Source: an uncultured Methanospirillum sp.
Lineage (GTDB): Archaea > Halobacteriota > Methanomicrobia > Methanomicrobiales > Methanospirillaceae
NCBI GenBank assembly: GCA_964637135.1
Contig: CAZWTX010000007.1
Span: 1 to 64,000, forward strand
DNA: 64,000 nucleotides
Reading direction: 5' to 3'
Part shown: piece after piece, positions 59,810-64,000 of the stretch
Position numbering within the stretch: position 1 is the first letter of the stretch
Layout of the letters: each line of letters starts with the position of its first letter
The notes under the pieces: generated by a model
Told to the model about the DNA's origin: nothing
Seen by the model: only the letters and a program-made list of their open reading frames with translations
Database searches by the model: none
Made by a program: the position numbers and the translations under genes

Positions 59810-61519
59810 ATGATCTGTACCTATTGTGAACGGTATTGCGATATTCCGGAGGCAGCATCGGGGTACTGCCGGATGTACCGCAATGAGAGTGGCACTGTTG
59901 TTGAGAATTATCCGGATGGATATCTCAATACCTACGCGGTATCGAGCGAATCAATCCCGATGCTTCATTTTTACCCAAATCATGTCTTCATGCTGGTCAG
60001 CACCATCGGGTGCAACTTCTCCTGTGACGGGTGCATCTCTGCATTCCAGACAACGAGGAACGGAACGCTGGAACAGGTGCTCACCACCCGCCGGCCGGAG
60101 GAGATTCTTGCCCTTGCACGGGAGAGCGGTTGCCGGGGAGTTGTCTTCTGCCTGAACGAGCCGACCGTTTCCCTGCCGACGTTTCTCCGGCTTGCCCTGG
60201 CAGCAAAAAGCGAAGGATTCCTGGTCGGCTGTTCAAGCAACGGGTACATGACCGACGAGTCGCTTGACCAAATGCTGCCAGTCCTCGACTTTGTAAATAT
60301 CGGGCTGAAAGGCTCGACGGATGAGCGGTACCGGGAATGCGGGGCGGAATCGGTTGAACCGGTCTTCCGGAACCTGCAGAGACTCCATGATGCCGGGGTG
60401 TTCATCGAGGTCTCGACGATGTATCTCCTCGGAAGGGAAGAGGAGATCCTCGGGGTTGCCAGAAGGGTCAGGGAGATCTCTCCCGCAATTCCGTTCCAGG
60501 TGATGCGGTTCATCGCCACCACCGATGATCTCCTCCACTTGCAACCCGGCCGGGAGCAGGCAGAAGCGATCTGCACGATCCTGCGAAGTATCGTCGAACA
60601 TGTGTACCTTTTCAACACCCCGGCGACCACCGAACTTGATTCCCGGTGTCCGGTCTGCAACAAGGTCATCATCCACCGGGTATTCTTCGGCCCGATGGCG
60701 GCGAGGGTTCTCTCCTGTGCCGATGACGGGCGATGCAGCTGTGGGTATGTCTACCCAAAAATAGGCGATATCCTGCCGGTTCCGAAAGAAGGGCTCCGGG
60801 TTCTCGGCGGGTACCGGTCGGTGATGGGAGCAAAGTACATCATCTCTCATCTGAACCTTCTCGGGATCGATGACGAAGCCGAGACCGACCGGATCTGCAA
60901 TGAAGTTATATCAAACGGATACCTCCAGCAGCTCCAGGAGCAGACGGATTCTGTCGAAAATTTCATCGCAATGACCCGGTACCTCTCCTCGCTCTGCGGA
61001 AGGGAGCAGGCCGGTGAGAGGATGATCGCGTATGTCACCCAGGTCATCTCTGCTCTCAGAGGACGGATCGCCGATGCGGATACGCCCCGGGTTTATGCCG
61101 TCTTCTGCCATCCGCTCTCACCGGTCTATGCCAGGAAATTTACCAATACGCTGGTGGAGATGGCAGGGGGGAAAAGCCTGAATATCCAGGAGAATTTCGA
61201 GGAGAGCCGCCATGCAGAATATTCGGTAGATGAGCTGAACCGTATTAATCCGGAGGTCATTCTGGTTGCCGGTCCTGTTGCTCCTGACCGGGAGCATTTC
61301 ATGGCAACCTGCAGGGATCTTGGAATTACCTGCAATGCCCTCGATTCAAGCAGGGTTTATATCCAGGAGAGTGGTCTTGCCGGGGGAAACCTGGGCTGGC
61401 TGATCAGCCTGATGGATGTTGCAAATTGTGTCCATCCGGAGGTGTTCGCGTATGATCTGGTGGAGGAGAGAGGGAAATTGGATCGGTTTCAGGAGAGGCT
61501 CACGGGCAGGAATTCTTAG
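59810..61519 (+). CDS. Radical SAM enzyme (AmmeMemoRadiSam/PFL-activase-like) fused to a TroA-type binding domain
   Basis: CTYCERYC...GYC, GCNFSCDGC, NEPT, SSNGY, CPVC, CSCG; C-terminal PRVY...LVEMAGG...INPEVILV...RVY...HPEVF. Confidence 0.85.
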   Translation: MICTYCERYCDIPEAASGYCRMYRNESGTVVENYPDGYLNTYAVSSESIPMLHFYPNHVFMLVSTIGCNFSCDGCISAFQTTRNGTLEQVLTTRRPEEILALARESGCRGVVFCLNEPTVSLPTFLRLALAAKSEGFLVGCSSNGYMTDESLDQMLPVLDFVNIGLKGSTDERYRECGAESVEPVFRNLQRLHDAGVFIEVSTMYLLGREEEILGVARRVREISPAIPFQVMRFIATTDDLLHLQPGREQAEAICTILRSIVEHVYLFNTPATTELDSRCPVCNKVIIHRVFFGPMAARVLSCADDGRCSCGYVYPKIGDILPVPKEGLRVLGGYRSVMGAKYIISHLNLLGIDDEAETDRICNEVISNGYLQQLQEQTDSVENFIAMTRYLSSLCGREQAGERMIAYVTQVISALRGRIADADTPRVYAVFCHPLSPVYARKFTNTLVEMAGGKSLNIQENFEESRHAEYSVDELNRINPEVILVAGPVAPDREHFMATCRDLGITCNALDSSRVYIQESGLAGGNLGWLISLMDVANCVHPEVFAYDLVEERGKLDRFQERLTGRNS

Positions 61520-61744
61520 GTTTTTTCGTTGGGAATTTCATGAATCCGACCCTTCTAATGCTCACGATGAAGATCGAAGAAAGTGAGATCAGCGGTTGTG
61601 GATACCATCACAGGCACCACTTAGGAGGGAGGATGAAAAAGATTTGCTCATACTCATAATAGGGAATCCGTCAGATGAGATGGAGATGAGCCATCCGGAA
61701 TCTCTATGTATACAGAAATAAGCAATAAATGAGAGGGGAGTTTC

Positions 61745-62449
61745 GTGGCAGATTATGAGGAGATCGGGGAACGATGGATTCGCCAGGCAGTCCATGATCT
61801 TGAGATAGCTGAAAAAAATCTCCCATTCGGGGGGTTTGACTCGGCGGCCTTCTATTCTCATCAATCGGTTGAAAAACTTCTCAAGGGAATAATTTCTCTC
61901 TCCGGACGCCCCATCCCCCGCACTCATGATCTGGAGCGGCTGTGTGATCTTCTCTCCTGTCCGGATGAAGTTATATCAGATCTCATCGATCTCATGGGTG
62001 ATTACCAGACCTCACGATATCCGGATATAAGTGAAATCATCCCTTGTGAATACTATACTGAAGAGATTGCAACAGACCGGGTAAGAATATCACAAAAAAT
62101 TTTTCAGCACAATATCCAGGGGAAATGTCAGATGAGTGATCCGGTTCTCGATACATTCAGAAGGGAGATTGTTCCGAAGATCATGGAACTTTTTCATCCG
62201 GAAACAGTGATCATCTTTGGATCCAGGATCTCCGGGAATGCACATGAAGATTCTGATCTTGACATCATTCTCGTATCAGAACAGTTTGAACATGTACCCC
62301 AGCATCAGCGCCTCCCTCTGGTTCGAAAGAGTATCAGAACACCATTCTCCCTTGATTACCTCTGTTACACGCCGGATGAGTTTGAACGGATGAAGACCCG
62401 GTCAAGTGTTCTTGCAAGTACATTATCCGGCCCCCATCTGGCAATATGA
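61745..62449 (+). CDS. HEPN domain fused in frame to a minimal nucleotidyltransferase (MNT)
   Basis: W..QA..DL, HQSVEKLLK, PRTHDL, SRYPD (HEPN); then MSDP...IFGSR..G.AHEDSDLDI (MNT) from ATG 62132. Confidence 0.88.
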   Translation: MADYEEIGERWIRQAVHDLEIAEKNLPFGGFDSAAFYSHQSVEKLLKGIISLSGRPIPRTHDLERLCDLLSCPDEVISDLIDLMGDYQTSRYPDISEIIPCEYYTEEIATDRVRISQKIFQHNIQGKCQMSDPVLDTFRREIVPKIMELFHPETVIIFGSRISGNAHEDSDLDIILVSEQFEHVPQHQRLPLVRKSIRTPFSLDYLCYTPDEFERMKTRSSVLASTLSGPHLAI

Positions 62450-62859
62450 GAGGCCGGAATTTCTTTATTAACCCTGGAAATCCAGTACTCCCAAATCAGA
62501 TGGTTGATTTGTACAAGGATATTGCTGAAAAAGGGTTCATCAAGTAATTTGATTCACTCCAGTTGTACTTCGGATATTTCATCGTCTGTTAAAACAGTTT
62601 AAATCGCTATCCTCTGGTGTTAATCATTAGTTTTTTGGAGATGATGTAAAAACCGACGGGAGATATTATAACCTCAACAATATCATCGGAGGACAATTTT
62701 CCACACTTCTTCTCGTTACCTGTCGTAAAAGAATGATATCAGATTGAAAAATGAGTTCTCTCTGGTTCCATGCCCGGGTGATGACCGAAAAAATGGTGAT
62801 ATTGAATATATAAAAAAGATGACCAATAGGTATAAGTAAAGAATCGGCCCTGTAACTGT

Positions 62860-64000
62860 GTGAAACCAGTGTTACCAGTTGGAATACTCCTTGCAGTATT
62901 CCTCATGATAGCAGGAGCAGGAGCCTATCCAATAGATTCCACAGTAGTAACAACCCTTGATCGCACGGTCATTCCTGTCGCCGTACCTTCAACTTCTCCA
63001 ACAATTCTTCCGTATGAAGTTTCTCAATATTCTGATTATGGATATGGGAACTGGGAGTTTGGTGAGGGGCTCCGATATGAAAAAAGGCTTGACCTGTTAT
63101 CTCCGGAAAATAACAGCAGCTCGGCAACGATATCCGGAAAACTCCTGCGTTTCTTTGACATGACAGATATTCACATATCAGACGAAGAAACTCCTACCCA
63201 GGCGATTTTTTTTGGCTACCTAGGTGGTCAGTCTTCAGGGTATTCACCGGTTATGCTCTCTACCACCCAGGTTCTCGATGCTGCCGTTCAGACGATAAAC
63301 GCTCTGCATAAAGAAGACCCCTTTGATTTCGGTATCAGTCTCGGTGATGCAGCAAATAACGAACAATACAATGAAATCCGGTGGTACATCGATGTGCTCG
63401 ACGGGAAGACCATCAACCCGGATTCCGGTGCGAAGGATAATCCGGTTCCCGGTCCGCTCAACGATTATCAGGATTCATACAAAGCAGCAGGACTGAATAC
63501 ATCAATACCCTGGTATCAGGTAATTGGAAATCATGATCATAACTGGATAGGGACGAATCCGCCTGATGAGTACCTGAAGGCGAACTATACCGGGAAATAC
63601 ATCCTCAATATGGGTAATATCTTCACTGATCCGCGAGGAATAGCGGGACGTGGATATTACATGGGGGCAATCGATGGCCGGACCGTGTATGGAGATATCA
63701 TCGGTGTCGGAAATGTCTCTGACTTTGAGACCCCTCCAACAGTTCTGGCTGCTGATCCGAATCGCCGGGCTTTATCGGTCCCGGAATGGATGGGTGAATT
63801 TTTCAAAACCACTTCTCATCCGAAGGGCCACGGATTTAATCAGACTGATGCAGAAGCAGGAATCGCCTATTATTCATTCGAACCGAAGTCTGATGTGCCG
63901 ATCAAAGTAATTGTTCTTGATACCACCCAGTCATCGACCGACGCTGATGTCGGCGGGTATGGACACGGTTCCCTTGATAATGCACAGTTTGACTGGCTGT
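62860..64000 (+). CDS. Secreted metallophosphoesterase, TIGR03768-like (partial, runs off the right edge)
   Basis: Not in the ORF track. From GTG 62860: signal peptide, YPIDSTVVTT, MTDIHISDEETP, GISLGDAANN, WYQVIGNHDH, IVLDTT. Confidence 0.88.
   Translation, partial: MKPVLPVGILLAVFLMIAGAGAYPIDSTVVTTLDRTVIPVAVPSTSPTILPYEVSQYSDYGYGNWEFGEGLRYEKRLDLLSPENNSSSATISGKLLRFFDMTDIHISDEETPTQAIFFGYLGGQSSGYSPVMLSTTQVLDAAVQTINALHKEDPFDFGISLGDAANNEQYNEIRWYIDVLDGKTINPDSGAKDNPVPGPLNDYQDSYKAAGLNTSIPWYQVIGNHDHNWIGTNPPDEYLKANYTGKYILNMGNIFTDPRGIAGRGYYMGAIDGRTVYGDIIGVGNVSDFETPPTVLAADPNRRALSVPEWMGEFFKTTSHPKGHGFNQTDAEAGIAYYSFEPKSDVPIKVIVLDTTQSSTDADVGGYGHGSLDNAQFDWL

Noticed and set aside
200..63910. Numerous 60-230 aa ORFs antisense to or overlapping the called genes (e.g. 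41030-41680, 43168-43788, 59980-60672)
   Set aside because: Shadow ORFs of GC-rich coding sequence, with no motifs and atypical composition.
1..64000. CRISPR arrays, rRNA, tRNA, IS elements, integrases or proviral genes
   Set aside because: None recognised on either strand by manual reading.

Overview
Accessory-gene-rich stretch from a methanogenic archaeon, most likely Methanomicrobiales (Methanospirillum-like). This placement is inferred from an archaellin-like gene, a PolB2-type polymerase, a TIGR04083-like radical SAM enzyme and REC-PAS-kinase architectures. About 55 protein genes are supportable, three of them absent from the ORF track: a receiver domain at the left edge, a SemiSWEET whose only plausible start is ATA, and a metallophosphoesterase running off the right edge. 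I see no rRNA, tRNA, CRISPR array, transposase or integrase. There is one 100-N scaffold gap. The window holds stress/repair genes, signalling genes, many secreted or solute-binding proteins without cognate permeases, and a regulator-rich, partly decaying small-molecule-modification region at about 28.9-52.9 kb. The best leads are: (1) an intact class I/II aminotransferase fold with Phe in place of the PLP lysine; (2) a radical SAM-TroA-type binding-domain fusion divergent from an NTPase; (3) a TetR-linked epoxide hydrolase / condensation-domain / methyltransferase / hydrolase operon; (4) a HEPN-MNT fusion that reverts to a two-gene ATGA-coupled pair if one base is removed from an A6T5 run; (5) a Cys-rich MarR and bacterial-type LonA sharing a repeated operator; (6) an orphan ThsB-like TIR gene. 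All family calls come from motif recognition by eye; no database searches were run.
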